Assembly (NCBI RefSeq): GCF_000150275.1
Contig: NW_002060954.1
Location: forward strand, 1,550,001-1,614,000
Length of the DNA stretch: 64,000 bases
From: Trichoplax adhaerens
Taxonomy: Eukaryota > Animalia > Placozoa
Reading direction: 5' to 3'
Part shown: piece after piece, positions 27,601 through 41,073 of the stretch
Layout: each line of letters starts with the position of its first letter
Position numbering within the stretch: the stretch's first letter is position 1
Notes under the pieces: generated by a model
What the model saw: the letters and a program-made list of their open reading frames with translations, nothing else
Databases searched by the model: none
Told to the model about the DNA's origin: nothing
Position numbers and translations under genes: made by a program

Positions 27601-30084
27601 TTTAACATTTCTTTGGTCAAGTAAACCGTAGTATATTAATTCATGAATTAATTAATTATTACGTACACAAGATGTGATTACACAGTTCACCGCCTTGCGA
27701 AAGTTGAATGATTTTACATTATACATAGCATCAGTGATTAAACTCAGGACAACTCTAAAAGTGGTTAAGAAATCAAGTAAATTGGTGATAAGAAAGAGTA
27801 ATATTTTCGTTACGAGTCAATATTTGGAAATAAGCGTTACGCACAAATCACCATTCTTTAGACCGACAACGAGTTGATTATTATTTATGAAGGTAGCATG
27901 AGAACAGTCTAATGATAAAGTCATATCTTGGATACCTAGTTAGAATATATGTAATGGCATAGCATGAGTGTCATTCTATTTTGATTACTAACATCTTAAG
28001 TTGTAAAGCATTAGATACATCAGAATTTTCAATTAATGATGCATACGCATAGGAAAGGTGGTCGATTCATCGGTGATGCTATTAAGAGATTCTGCATATG
28101 GAGGTTTGCTTTGATTTAAGTGCAGCAAGCAATTAGCAGCAAATATCAGTACACCACCTGAAAAAATTTTTAGAATTTACCATTTTTCAAAAAGAAATTT
28201 TTAAACATACTCTATATAGATATTACCTATAGGTCTTGGAACAGTAATTGCACCCAAACAGTCAAAGGGTAAGTTATTCAATGACCAAATAACAGGATGG
28301 ACTTTATCAATAGTATTTAGTGATACAGCCAATATTGAACATGTATCTTGTCTAACGGCAACACGTCTGCAAGATAGTAAAGAAAATTTGCTATAATATG
28401 ACCAATACATTAGGTTATTAACTATTTGTTGCTTATAATACAAACTAGTAGTATATATTTTTACTTCACTATGTAATAATCATACTCTAAAAAAATTGAG
28501 CTTACCCAGACCATGTACGAAGTATTTCACACAAGATTAATATTGTAGGTTCGTAATAACCTTCGAGAAAGCGAATATCGATAAGCCGACTAACTTTTTC
28601 GTTACCCAAATCGCGTACATCAACAACATACGACGGCATCAAAGGATACTTGCCACTATATTTTCAAATCAATCCATTATATTAGAGTAAATTGAAAGGT
28701 ACGACAAAACAGCTGATGTTGTGTGTTGAATTCATGCTCAAGACAAAAGTAGTACGCATACCTTGTATTTTTAGGATCAATTTGTACTTGCTGTTCTGCT
28801 GGTCCTCGATGTCGAAAAGGTAATATTGCAAGATGTACGTTACTGACAACCATGGCAGCACATCGATTATCAGGATCAACTCGAATGATAGGTATAGAAA
28901 GATTGCGAGAAAATCCGTTCTGAAATAGAGATAAGATTTTTAGAGTATATACTGTTGTCCATTAAATCATCCTTGAATAGTCCAATAGGAACTATACAAT
29001 TGGACGTACCTTTAATTCGTCATCTTCGAATGTATGCAGTGATAACGTTGTTAAATTGCTATTATCAGCGTCATATTCTACAAGTGATAGCTATATGTGA
29101 TAAAGTTGAGAAGATGTTTAGGATTTGTCATGGAATACTGTGTATGACAGTATCTTGTTACTGTACGAGCAACGAAGTAATCAAGTCATGACGATCATTG
29201 TCGTGGTATAAAAACGTTCATTAATAATTACCTTAGCATCGGCAAAACAAATAAATAGCGAATCACGATGATGATGTCGAAATCGTACAGATTCTATGCC
29301 ATAAATTTTGCCATAAAAGGAATAGCTGGCTAGGAATTCTAATTCAGGATGGAGTTTATTGTCTGTGGAGTGAAAATACGGCATTACATTTTATGCTGTA
29401 GATCTCTTTTTAGCATATACCGCCGTGGCAATGCTTTCAGTTAAATTACTTAGCAGCAGCACCTTTGTTAAGGTGATTGTCAGCATTATCACTTCTATTA
29501 TCTAAATCGATGTCTTCTTGGTCCTAGAATAGGATAGAAACAAATATACTGTCTGTATCAGATTGATGTTACCAGGATAATATCATTAGTAGTACAATCT
29601 TGCAAGAGGTTATAGATCGTAAACATGTTGATAGAGTTGATTTGAGCAAATTAGAAGAGTTGTGGCCTAAATTGACTAGACAATCGACATTGGCTATCTC
29701 TCAAGCTGATGTTGCGATACAGTATAATGATCGTAAATAGTGTTTAATGAGAATAAAAATAGAAACTAATTTATTTATTGCCCTGAAATAGACCAGCATG
29801 CAATTACTACCTTAGTACAACTAGATTAGTCAACATGCTAGTAGAATCGATCGAGCATCATCCACCGTGCAATCTAGTCATCTAGCTCTTGTCATTGTTG
29901 AAGCCTTGACAAGTCGAGTTGTAGGATTGTATTTATTCTATCGTCATACCTTAATGATATCATATACACGGATGCATGTTGGACCTGCTGTTAAAAGATT
30001 TAATCGATCCGAGGAATAAAAATGGCAAGCTAAGCAATGATTAACAGCAGTTGGAGGATAACTTTCTTTATAGCAAGCGTACAT
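21693..30084 (-). CDS. CPSF1: Cleavage and polyadenylation specificity factor subunit 1 (CPSF160), ~43 exons
   Basis: Starts [14 protein letters not shown]. Motifs: [88 protein letters not shown]. Ends [13 protein letters not shown] (TAA 21695-21693). Exons traced have GT-AG boundaries; the exon-2 donor is weak. Confidence 0.96.
26759..26764 (-). other. CPSF1: Candidate 6-nt microexon (GATGAA = DE) in CPSF1
   Basis: caacag|GATGAA|gtaaga, phase 0-0. Splits a 230-nt gap into 140- and 84-nt introns and gives GQISTDEFVQ, matching the SEEF motif recalled for human CPSF1. Confidence 0.7.
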
Positions 30085-30194
30085 GATGATGCCGACATTA
30101 AAACGCTTCAAGACGGAGACTCTCGATTGCGCAGGAATGAGCTATCGAGTTACCATGCACCGAGGATGCAGTCGGATAGCAGGTCTGGTGACGA

Positions 30195-31065
30195 TTGTAC
30201 TGTACACTGTAGGGTATGTACTGTACTGTACAGTACTGTACAGTACAGTAGAGTACTGTATCTTGACTATCGTGAACTACACGTACAGTACACTGTACAG
30301 TACTTCTACTGTACAGTAGTCATCTTTTGTTAGTTTCTACGGTAGTTTTCCAATACAGAGCCAAAAGCGCTGTCTCCTTCGATACTGTACTAGTTGTACA
30401 GTACAGTACAGCACAGCATAGTACACTGTACTGTAGTCTACGATACTTAGCATTATAACCAGGACTGTACACTGTAACAACCGTGTCGCAGGTTCGTACA
30501 ACTCAGCTAGCATGTTACCAGTAGAGGTGTCGCCAGCATACAGTAGTCCAGGTACAGTACAGTACTGTACTGTATACTGTACACAGTAATACAGAGCCAA
30601 AAGCGTTGTCTCTACTTCGATACTGTACCAGTTGTACAATGTACAGTACAGTACAGTACAGTACAGTAGGCCACAATACTTAACACTGTGAAACATGACT
30701 GTACTGTACTGTACACTGTACAATCGTGTTACCGGTTCGTACTGTGCTGTACAGTACAACTCAGCTCTCCTTCGATACAGTACTGTACTGTACAGTACTG
30801 TACTATAGACCACAATACTTAACACTGTAAACAGGACTGTACACTGTAACAACCGTGTTGCAGGTTCGTTACCGTTCGTACAACTCAGCTAGCATACTGT
30901 ACAGTAGTACCGGTAGAGGTGTCGCCAGCATAGTCCAGGTACAGTACAGTACTGTACACTGTACTGTACTCTGGCCAAATTCCCAACAGCATCTCCCTGA
31001 CTGTCACCAATATCGCGCAAGCGTACGGTTGATCTGGCATAACTGTAGAGGTATAGTATAGTACA
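30195..31065. repeat. Complex CAGTA/TACTG pentanucleotide satellite with higher-order repeats
   Basis: Dense ACAGT/ACTGT runs in both orientations. Duplicated unique blocks include ATACAGAGCCAAAAGCG (~30353, ~30590), CAGGACTGTACACTGTAACAACCGTG (~30460, ~30832) and GTAGAGGTGTCGCCAGCATA (~30521, ~30913). Confidence 0.9.
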
Positions 31066-31409
31066 GGAAAATGCCTCCAATGGGGCCCTACATTTAGTTT
31101 TTCTCTTCGCTCTATTAGATCAAAATATGAAAAAGTAAAATACAAATGCTTCTCAGCTACAGGGCTCCAGTTACCGGCTACAAACCCTCCCAATAGCATT
31201 GTCTTGTCACCTACCAAGTTATAGTTTGAACCTCCTCGCAATTTTAGCTAGCTTGCTTCTAACTTTTTTTCCACTTATGAATGAAATTGATCGCTAGTAC
31301 GTACTGTAAAGGTAAAGACAGGGACAGGGGCAAACGCTGAAATTCTGCTGTTATGCAGTAGATTATACAGTCGAGGGATCCAGATTATAAGAAATGTATC
31401 ATAATGTTA

Positions 31410-31460
31410 GCTAGACACTCCGCATAGACACTTCCATAGGAGTGTCTAGCAAGTGTCTAG
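31410..31460. repeat. Interleaved double inverted repeat of TAGACAC/GTGTCTA
   Basis: GCTAGACACTCC (31410-31421) pairs perfectly with GGAGTGTCTAGC (31439-31450). TAGACACTT (31425-31433) pairs with AAGTGTCTA (31451-31459). Confidence 0.8.
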
Positions 31461-32007
31461 CTTAGGAAAACATTTTTATATTCTGAATCCCTCCACTCTA
31501 CAGTATACTGTATATATAGATATAGATGTACTCGTACATACTGCTAAAATGAGTCAGTGATGAATGAGCAAAAATCAAAATGAATGCTAGGAGAAATCTT
31601 CATACAGTATCGCCAGATGCAATTACTGTATAGTACAGTAGCGTATAGTTGTTCGTATACTATACTATATCCTAAGTAGGTGATGCTGTCCTGGTACAGT
31701 ATGCTGTACAATGATTCCCGTATCGTAATCATCCTTATACTTACTGTATATTATCATCAACTAAACGTAAAATCAATTTTTGGGGGATAGAGTTGAGAAA
31801 AAGTGGAAAAAAAACATTTCTTGACACTTTTATAGTATTGCAGTGGATCGATCCAGATCATTCAGTATCAGTACTGTACTCTAATCTTATTCATTGGCTC
31901 AAAATTGATCATCTTGCTTGGCCTATCCAGCGTAAATTAATTTATTCATTGTGATTGGATTTTATTTTCATTGATTGTAAAGGGACAGCAACACTTATAT
32001 TGCAATC

Positions 32008-35000
32008 ATGACAACGGGAAAATATCGATTTGCAATTGATCGAGGCGGAACGTTTACTGATATCTATGCCGAATGCCCCGCAGGTAAAATTACTACTATG
32101 AAATTACTCTCAGTTGATTCTGCATACAAAGATGCTCCTACCGAAGGTATCAGGAGAATATTGCAACAGGTGCATAGAAAGTAAAGGATGAAATATTGAT
32201 CACATTTATTTTGATGCCATGTAGCCTAGCATTCATGATACCAATGGACTTTTGTGATACTGTATCTATATTATTTGTATATAGCATGAAGGCTATGATA
32301 TCGATCCAGGTCAACCAATCAATACACAGAAGATTGAGTGGATTCGAATGGGAACAACGGTGGCTACCAATGCCTTGTTGGAAAGGAAGGGCAAAAGAAT
32401 GGCTTTAGTTATTAATCGTGGATTTCGTCATCTGTTACACATTGGTAGTCAAGCTAGACCTCAAATTTTTGACTTGGTAATAGACTTAGGCGGATAATGT
32501 GCAATCAATTTTTATTTCATTGTAGCCCTATTAGCCACTGTATCAATTTCTGTCATAAATAGATTACACTGCAAGTAGACAAATAAAAAGGATTAGATGT
32601 CATTGGAACGCCATAACATTTATAGATTGTATCATTGATTACTACGTTCATAACATATTAGATGGGTAAAAAAAAATAATGGTTGCTATTAGTCCTACTA
32701 CTATCATATTGCCAATCCAATGAGGTCGTAGCATTCCTTAAACTTCAGAGTTGTACTAGTCTCGACTCTATAATTAAGTTACTTCTTAATGAACGAGCAC
32801 AGTCTTGTAGGTAGTTTGAAGCCCAATTATCTTACTTCACAGAAAGCAATTTTCAGGCGTTTTCTCGTTTAGTAAATTGACTGTTTTCTAACATTCTTTT
32901 ACTTTGACAATATCAGAAAATTGAATGCCCTACTAACCTTTATGAAGATATCGTTGAAGTGGATGAAAGAGTTGTACTAGATAGGCAGGATTGCTGTCTG
33001 GAGTGGTTGAAAAATAAACCTACTGTTGTAGGTAAAACCAATGAAAAGGTTCGTTATACAGGCAGTCTATTCATGTACAATTGAATTGTAAAACTAGATA
33101 CTTGTTACCATCATAGTATCACAGTTGATATCGAAATCTGTAGGATTTTTATCGCTAGCCTTTACTGTATTTTCCTTTTTAGTAGTGCTCAATGCTAGGG
33201 TATTATTTGGTAGCTTCATATTTCGCCTAAAGTACAGTAGTACACACCTTCTTTTTATAATAATATGTATATCCTTGGCAAGAGAATGAATGCTGGATAC
33301 ACTAAATTAATCACCTATTCCTCTTTGATATCTATAGCTTAAAATAGTCAAAGCCATTAATGAAGAAGAGCTTAAAAGTGATTTACAGGTATAACCATGT
33401 AACTTAACTTTACCGGATGGATTCTTCATATCTCATATCTATAAAGATTTCAGTTATATGGTATCCTAACATTAACAATGCCATTCTATAGGTGTTTAAC
33501 AGATATTTACAGTCAGACTGAATATTTTGCTTTATGCATATTCCTTTATAGAAAGTACTAGATAAAGGAATTTCTAGCCTAGCTGTTGTCCTCTTACATT
33601 CTTACACGTAATGAGCATCTTATCTGTGACTTATAAATCAACTTGCAGGTAGTGCAGACTGATTATATGTTGTTTACAAATTTAGCTTCGATGAACATGA
33701 GCGAAGAATTGGTAAAATTGCTCAACAAATGGGATTTGAACATGTTTCGCTTTCGTCTGAAGTTATGCCAATGTTACGAGCTGTACCAAGAGGATACACT
33801 GGTACGTACTATATTGGTTTTTATTGTCTACATTGTAGTTAATCTTAAAGCTGATTTGTATTATTAATTCTTACCATAAATTTAAAAACACGATTATTTC
33901 TATATTGAATTTAGCTTGTGTGGATGCTTATTTGACACCCTGCATCGACGAATATATTCGAAATTTCACTTCTGGATTTGATGAAGGGTTAAAAGTAAAA
34001 TGCGATATTACATGTGTATTTGTTAGATTTTTGTAGGACAGAATAACTGTACAAACGTGTAGTGCACTTATTCTATAATTTAACTATTACTCTTATGTTA
34101 CTTAATAGAACGTAAGAGTACTCTTTATGCAATCTGATGGTGGTCTAACACCGGTCGACAAGTAAGTTTGCAACTATTTCTTTAATTATCGTAGTAGTAA
34201 TTGTTATATGTATCCAACAAAAACAAAAGTCTACTTATGGATTTAATACATTTACTTTTATTATGGTAAAATGTTGTCGAATTTAATAGTGATGATACTA
34301 TATTTAGGTTTATTGGCTCGAGAGCTATTGTATCTGGACCTGCTGGAGGAGTGGTAGGTGGCTAGGTGTTGATAGAGAAAATTATTTATGCAAATTTAAT
34401 ATGCCGTAAGGATGTATGAGCACAGTATAAGATGTAAGTTGGGATATTAAATTTCTGCTAAGGTTGGGTATGCGGTGACATCATATGATAGTGAAACAGA
34501 AGTACCAGTAATTGGCTTCGATATGGGAGGTTAGTTGTCATTCTACTTTTGCGTCGCGAAGTGCGTGTGTTATCAAGAAGGCCTATACGCTTGTGATTTA
34601 AAATGCAGGTACATCCACTGACGTATCAAGATATGCTGGAATAACTGAGCATGTTTTTGAAACGACCATTGCAGGAGTTACTATACAAGCACCGCAAGTA
34701 TTTTTTATTTTTATTATCGAATTCAATAAATTATGGCGTAAAAAGCATCTCTTCGGAATTATAGCTAGATATAAACACTGTTGCTGCTGGAGGAGGATCG
34801 AAACTATTTCTGATTTCTGGGGTTCTTACTGTTGGTCCAGAATCTGCCGGAGCTAATCCTGGTCCGGCTTGTTACGGTAGAGGTAAGAATATATTATTTT
34901 TGATCCGATAACTTTCTAGCATATTTTTCGCAATAAATTTACCAAGTTTACTATATTACTTTTATAGAGCTAAAGCTCTGTTTTGGAATTTGTATGTTTC

Positions 35001-38000
35001 TTTGTAGGTGGACCAGCAGCTATTACAGACGCTAATTTATGCTTAGGAAGACTATTGCCAGAGTGAGTGGTTATAGCTAAAATATAAACATGTTTATCTA
35101 GCATTTCACCCTAACTGGAGATTGTATTGTAACTTTTCTTCTCATACGCACATTTAAATGCGAAGATATTTTCCTAAAATTTTTGGTAAAAATAATGATG
35201 CCCCATTAGATAAAGGCGCCGCCAGACAGGCATTACAATTACTTACCGATAGTGTAAGTTACTTTACTCTAATTAATGTTGTGGCCTTTCGGGTCATATT
35301 TTTAAATTTAATTTTTATTTTTGTAGGTAAACGAATTCCTTGCTGGAGAAGGTGATCGTGTGAATAAAAGTAACCTATCTTTGGAAGAAGTTGCAATGGG
35401 ATTTATACGAGTCGCAAATGAAACAATGTGCAGACCTATTCGATCAATAACACAGGTAGGAATAACGAATTCATTATAATAAATCAATGTGTATCAACAT
35501 ATTGCTATAACAATTATTCGAAAACTAACCTAATAACGCACTATTATTACATTATCGTACAAGGGAAAGGGTTATGATACATCTCAACATATATTAGCAT
35601 GTTTTGGAGGAGCAGGGGGCCAACACGCATGTGCTATTGCTCGTTCATTGGGAATGTCCAAAGTTGTTATACATAGGTTAGCTTATAGATAAATCTCCCA
35701 TTAACATTAGGCATAATGCTTATGTATCATTTATACCGTTACAGACTTACTTTTAATTAAAAATTAAACAAAGTGTTTATTTATTTTAATTATCAGCAAT
35801 TATATTAATTTCCTTTATTTTGAAGTTGAACTTTTTAATGGGCGATCCCTCTATTTTCGATATAGATATTCTGGAATACTTTCGGCGTATGGCATGGCTC
35901 TTGCCGATGTTGTGCACGAACAACAAGAACCATGTGCCGCTACATATAAGCAAAGTACGATTCAGACTCAATTCTGAATTCTGATTGCGGTTTTAATAAA
36001 TCATTTATTTAATCTCAACTAGTCCACATTATAATAAATAACAGCGGATTAAATTCTCATAACTTTAGGTGACTTTCAACAATTAGATGAACGAATCGAT
36101 TATTTACGTGGTAAATGTATTAAAGAGTTAATGGTGCAGGGATTTCATAAGTACGAAGATTTACTGATTATACGTGTATATTCACTGAAAAGATTAATTT
36201 CATCACTTAACCTTTCCTAACACTCTTCTTAAGATCTCAGATTAAGACCGAGGCATTTCTTAATATGCTTTATGAGGGTACTGATTGCGCCCTTATGTGT
36301 CAGTCCTCACCTGATGATACGGTAATTTATCAAGTTTTGATGTTATATTTCCCTATTCTTTTCGTTAGTTACTGATAATTAGTACTTTGATTAGAAAATA
36401 GCCACGGATGAATGTTGCAGGAATGGAGATTTTCGTAAAATTTTTACTACTAGGTATGGGTAATTGACTGCATCTTTAGCTTATACAGTACCACGCATAG
36501 ATTTTTTAAAGCATGTTTTGTATCGTGTAAAAATATATACGCGTATGTACTGCATATATAGGTATAAAAGAGAGTTTGGTTTTATGATACCCGATCGTAC
36601 TATCCAAGTGTGTGATATTAGAGTTCGAGGAGTTGGGATGTCCGGTATTACTCAATCGTATGATTTACCGATGGCTCATGGAGCCCCACCGCTTGAACGG
36701 GTAAGGGTACACGTAATAATGATAAGTACCGGTTGATATACGAGTATACGTAATATGATAACAGTTTTACAATAATAAGAACACCATTTTCTGCTGTTGT
36801 CACACAGACTACGAAATGCTATTTTGAAGACGGTTATCATGAGACGAAAGTCTACCTACTAGAATCTTTAAAAATTAACGATACAGTTGTTGGTCCAGCA
36901 ATCATAATTGATAAAAACAGGTATTTCCATAAGTATTTCATTTCTTACTAAAATCTATTTGCAATAGCAATCAAATTTATATTTATTATAATGCTTTTCG
37001 ATAGTACGATCCTTGTAGAGCCTGCATGCAAAGCTGTAATAAATAAACTTGGAGATATCATTATTCATGTAAGATTTGTTCTCGATAAGAATTGAAATAA
37101 ATATATCTGGTAAAATTCGTAAATATTTATAATTGTACATGCACAGATTGCAAAGCGTTCAATAGCAACTATCGGAAATAATCTTGATGTCGTTCAGGTA
37201 TATTTGCATTTGGAGTGTTAGTATAAAACTAAAGATGTGATCTAAAACGGATCATTGAAGTCGACTTTTATTTCTACGACAGCTTTCTATTTTCTCTCAT
37301 CGATTTATGAGTATCGCAGAGCAGATGGGAAGGTAACGTAAACTGTTATTTCAATTTAGCTACTAGCTATTCACACTATACGTGCTTAGCATTGCTATTA
37401 TTTATACTTCGGATCTTTCAGAATTTTACAAAGAACTTCTATTTCAACTAACATAAAGGTATTTTTTAAAAATCGCTGACTTGATATAAATATTGAGTTT
37501 TCCGATAATATATAATCAATCACTGATGTGCACTTATGTATTTTGTTCTGTCTTAATAATTGCTAAGGAACGTTTGGATTTCTCATGTGCTCTTTTTGGA
37601 CCAGATGGTGGTCTTGTTGCTAACGCTCCCCATATTCCTGTGCATTTGGGGGCAATGCAAGAGGCAGTCAAGTGTCAGGTGCAGTATGGATTTTAAAATC
37701 AAATGAGCTTATGTTAGTTGAAATAAGACATCTACGTGAGATTGGTTAACTCCTTCTTGTGTTTGCTGGCATTCATAGATTGAAAAATTAAATATAGAAT
37801 TAAATGATGGAGACGTAATTCTTGCTAATCATCCCCAGGCTGGTGGCAGCCATTTGCCAGATCTAACAGTTATAACACCTGTAAGTATACTATTATACAG
37901 CATTTTGTTACGTGGTATTTTAATGAAAAAGTAAAAATTTTTTCATTGCGGGCACATATTGTGATTATCATAAAGGTATTTTATACTGGTAATTCTAAGC

Positions 38001-40493
38001 CAGTATTTTTCGTGGCCAATCGTGGCCACCATTCAGACATCGGGGGCATCACTCCAGGTACCATGGAAAACATTCGAAATTTTTCCTTGTTCTACTTGGT
38101 TTAAATTGCTAATATGGAAATTGTTACTAAAATTCCAATACAGGATCGATGCCGGCAAGGTCTACGACTTTAGAACAGGAGGGTGCAATCTTTAAGTCTT
38201 TTAAGCTTGTAAAGAATGGAATATTTCAAGAAAAAGGTAACTATTGAAATCCATGAAGTAGTTGTTGTGTTGTTAAATTTAATACCAATGTTTCGAATAT
38301 CTTATTGTAGAAGTTACAGAGATGCTTATGCGCCCTGGACAAATTCCTGGAAACAGCGGAACTCGTAATCTTCACGATAATTTGGCTGATTTACGTGCAC
38401 AGGTCGCTGCAAATCAAAAGGTAAAGATATCTAAGTTGTTCATTAGCGACGATTTTGCTTCTTTACATTTGGCAGATAACAAAGTTTATTGCATATTGAT
38501 AGGGCATTACGCTTGTAACAGGCTTGATTAAAGAATATAGTCTGGAGGTTGTTCAAGCCTATATGACTCATATTCAGGTTAGTACTAGCAGATTATTTGT
38601 CAGTTTAGAAATCAAAGCTAATCAATTTGCAAAATATAAGCTCTGTCCTATTAATGTTTCTTATGGAATAGGAAAATGCAGAAGTTGCTGTGCGAGATAT
38701 GTTACGAGAAGTTGCGAAACGTAATAAGGTAAATTCTATAGCAATATAAGTAGAAAATTTTGTAATAAGTTAATTTGACTTCTCTTCTTGCTTCATCAGA
38801 CAAAAGAAGGAATAGCAACGCTATCTGCGGTAGACTATATGGATGACGGTACACAGATTCAGTTAGAAGTCACAATAAACGAGGAAGAGGTTCATATAGT
38901 TTCTGTCTAATTTTCAAATTTATAAATTTTATTTTTAGACGGCTAAGTCTATGCTATCATCCTTGTAGGCTAGTGCTGTTTTTGATTTTACTGGTACGGG
39001 GCTTGAAGTTGCAGGAAATTGTAACACTCCACCAGCAGTAACGTTGTCAGCTCTCATTTATTGTTTACGATGCATGATAAATCACGATATACCCCTTAAT
39101 CAGGTTTGTTTAATTTCTAATTTAAATCTTGTACTAACTACTTTCAATTGGTATAGCGAAGTCTAAGGCATTGTTTCGTAATTTGATTATATTTACAATT
39201 CCAAATTATGGTCATTAGGGCTGTCTAAATCCCATCAAGACGATTATTCCCAAAGGCACAATACTATATCCAACTGAAAATGCTGCTGTAGTTGGCGGCA
39301 ACGTCCTTACCTCACAACGTATTGTTGACGTTGTATTCAAAGCATTTTCTGCGTGCGCTGCTTCACAGGTACCTTATAATTAATACTTTATTATACGCAG
39401 TGCCTCTCCATCTGTGTAATTTTGTTAATTCCTAGGGATGTATGAATAATATCACTTTCGGCGACAGAAGTATTGCTTACTATGAAACTGTTGCTGGAGG
39501 AGCTGGAGCGGTAAGACTTGTAATTGTAAATATTTCCAACGAATTATTGTATGCAGACTGTAAATTTTACTTTTGAAAAATTCTATATCTACACTTGTAT
39601 TACCTCTATTTCAAACTTATATATCAGGGGCCAACTTGGAATGGGCGCAGCGGTATTCATACACATATGACGAATACTAGGATCACCGATGCAGAAATCT
39701 TAGAAAAAAGGTACAAGTGCTACCGTCTTGAATTTGAAGTTAACGAGTTTATACCGCTTTAATAATATCAGAATAAGCCTTCTGATGTCTTAGTAACACA
39801 GTTATCCGGTATTTTGATAAGGGATTCTTCAAAATTTGTATTACTTTTCATTAGATATCCTATCATTTTAAAAAGTTTTACAATTATGCCTAATACTGGT
39901 GGAAGAGGACAATGGTGTGGTGGTGACGGAGTGATAAGAGAATTGATGTTTAGAAAGTCATTAACACTTTCTGTTTTAACTGAGCGCCGGGTCTTTGAGC
40001 CGTATGGATTGTTGGGTAGGCAATAAAGAGAATAATGTTATAGTTGGCTTTGATTATTTAAATTCATTTTCTAATATTTATACAAACATAACATAGGAGG
40101 AGAACCTGGCAAAAAGGGACAGAATATTTTAATATATAAAAACGGACGACAAGCCAATTTAGGTTCCAAAATTTCAATCGATGTTGAGGATGGTGTAAGT
40201 ATGAAAGACAATTAGATATTGCATTTACTTTTGACCTGAGATGATTACTTTAAGGCTTGACGGATTTTAAAATTTAAGATATAACAGAAGCTTTATAATA
40301 CGATTAAATGAATTTTGGTTAACGTTATAACTTTTAGCTATTTTAGATAGTAATATAAAAGCCCTGATTTTCAGAAGTGATAATGTTAACGTATATATAT
40401 GTATTTATTAATTCACGCGATACATAGGATATTTTTCGACTAATATCGCCTGGTGGCGGTGGCTATGGGGCATATAATCCGGTATCAGATTAA
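32008..40493 (+). CDS. OPLAH: 5-oxoprolinase (ATP-hydrolysing), multi-exon
   Basis: [18 protein letters not shown] start. Motifs: [105 protein letters not shown]. Ends [15 protein letters not shown]. Confidence 0.97.
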
Positions 40494-41073
40494 TATATTT
40501 ATTAATGCAATGGCTACAATTGCGTTAAAGTGGGCAAACAAAAATTAACCTAGCTGCATCATCGGAATTATTGATTTTATTTCTCGTCACTTTTGTAAAA
40601 TTTAATTACACTAAAGCGTACTTTAGCGTGTAAGAGTAGAGTACAAAGAAATCATAAAGACGTCTATATTACATTGAAATGATAATTCCTTTATTATGCT
40701 ATAATTAATATACACTCATACATAGAAATGATTAAGAAAATGTATTTGAATAATTTGGGAATAAAACTACAAATGAAATCATATTTGTAATAACACATAA
40801 TGAATTTTTGAGCTACAGCAGTATGCCGATAATATACGCTTAGCGAGAGACTTAAATGCAACATGCTTAGAGAAGATTCAGTAAGATAGAATATCTGCGA
40901 AAGAATATTAAATTATTAAACGGGCTGCAGTTGACCGATATATGCATTGCCTACCAAAGACAGTTGTTTAGGTATGACATGCATGCCACTGTACAATATC
41001 GTGCGATGTAGAAGTGCATCAATACCTACATCATATAAGTAAGTACCTTTTACTGCTGCTATGTCCTACTAAC

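Noticed and set aside
28641-28649. Perfect U12 donor-like GTATCCTTT on the minus strand in CPSF1
   Set aside because: It lies inside a coding exon (GKYPLMPSY) that reads through in frame.
30037-31241. Several Y/C/T/V/S-rich ORFs on both strands
   Set aside because: Translation artefacts of the CAGTA satellite. The same applies to the ORFs at 49190-49428.
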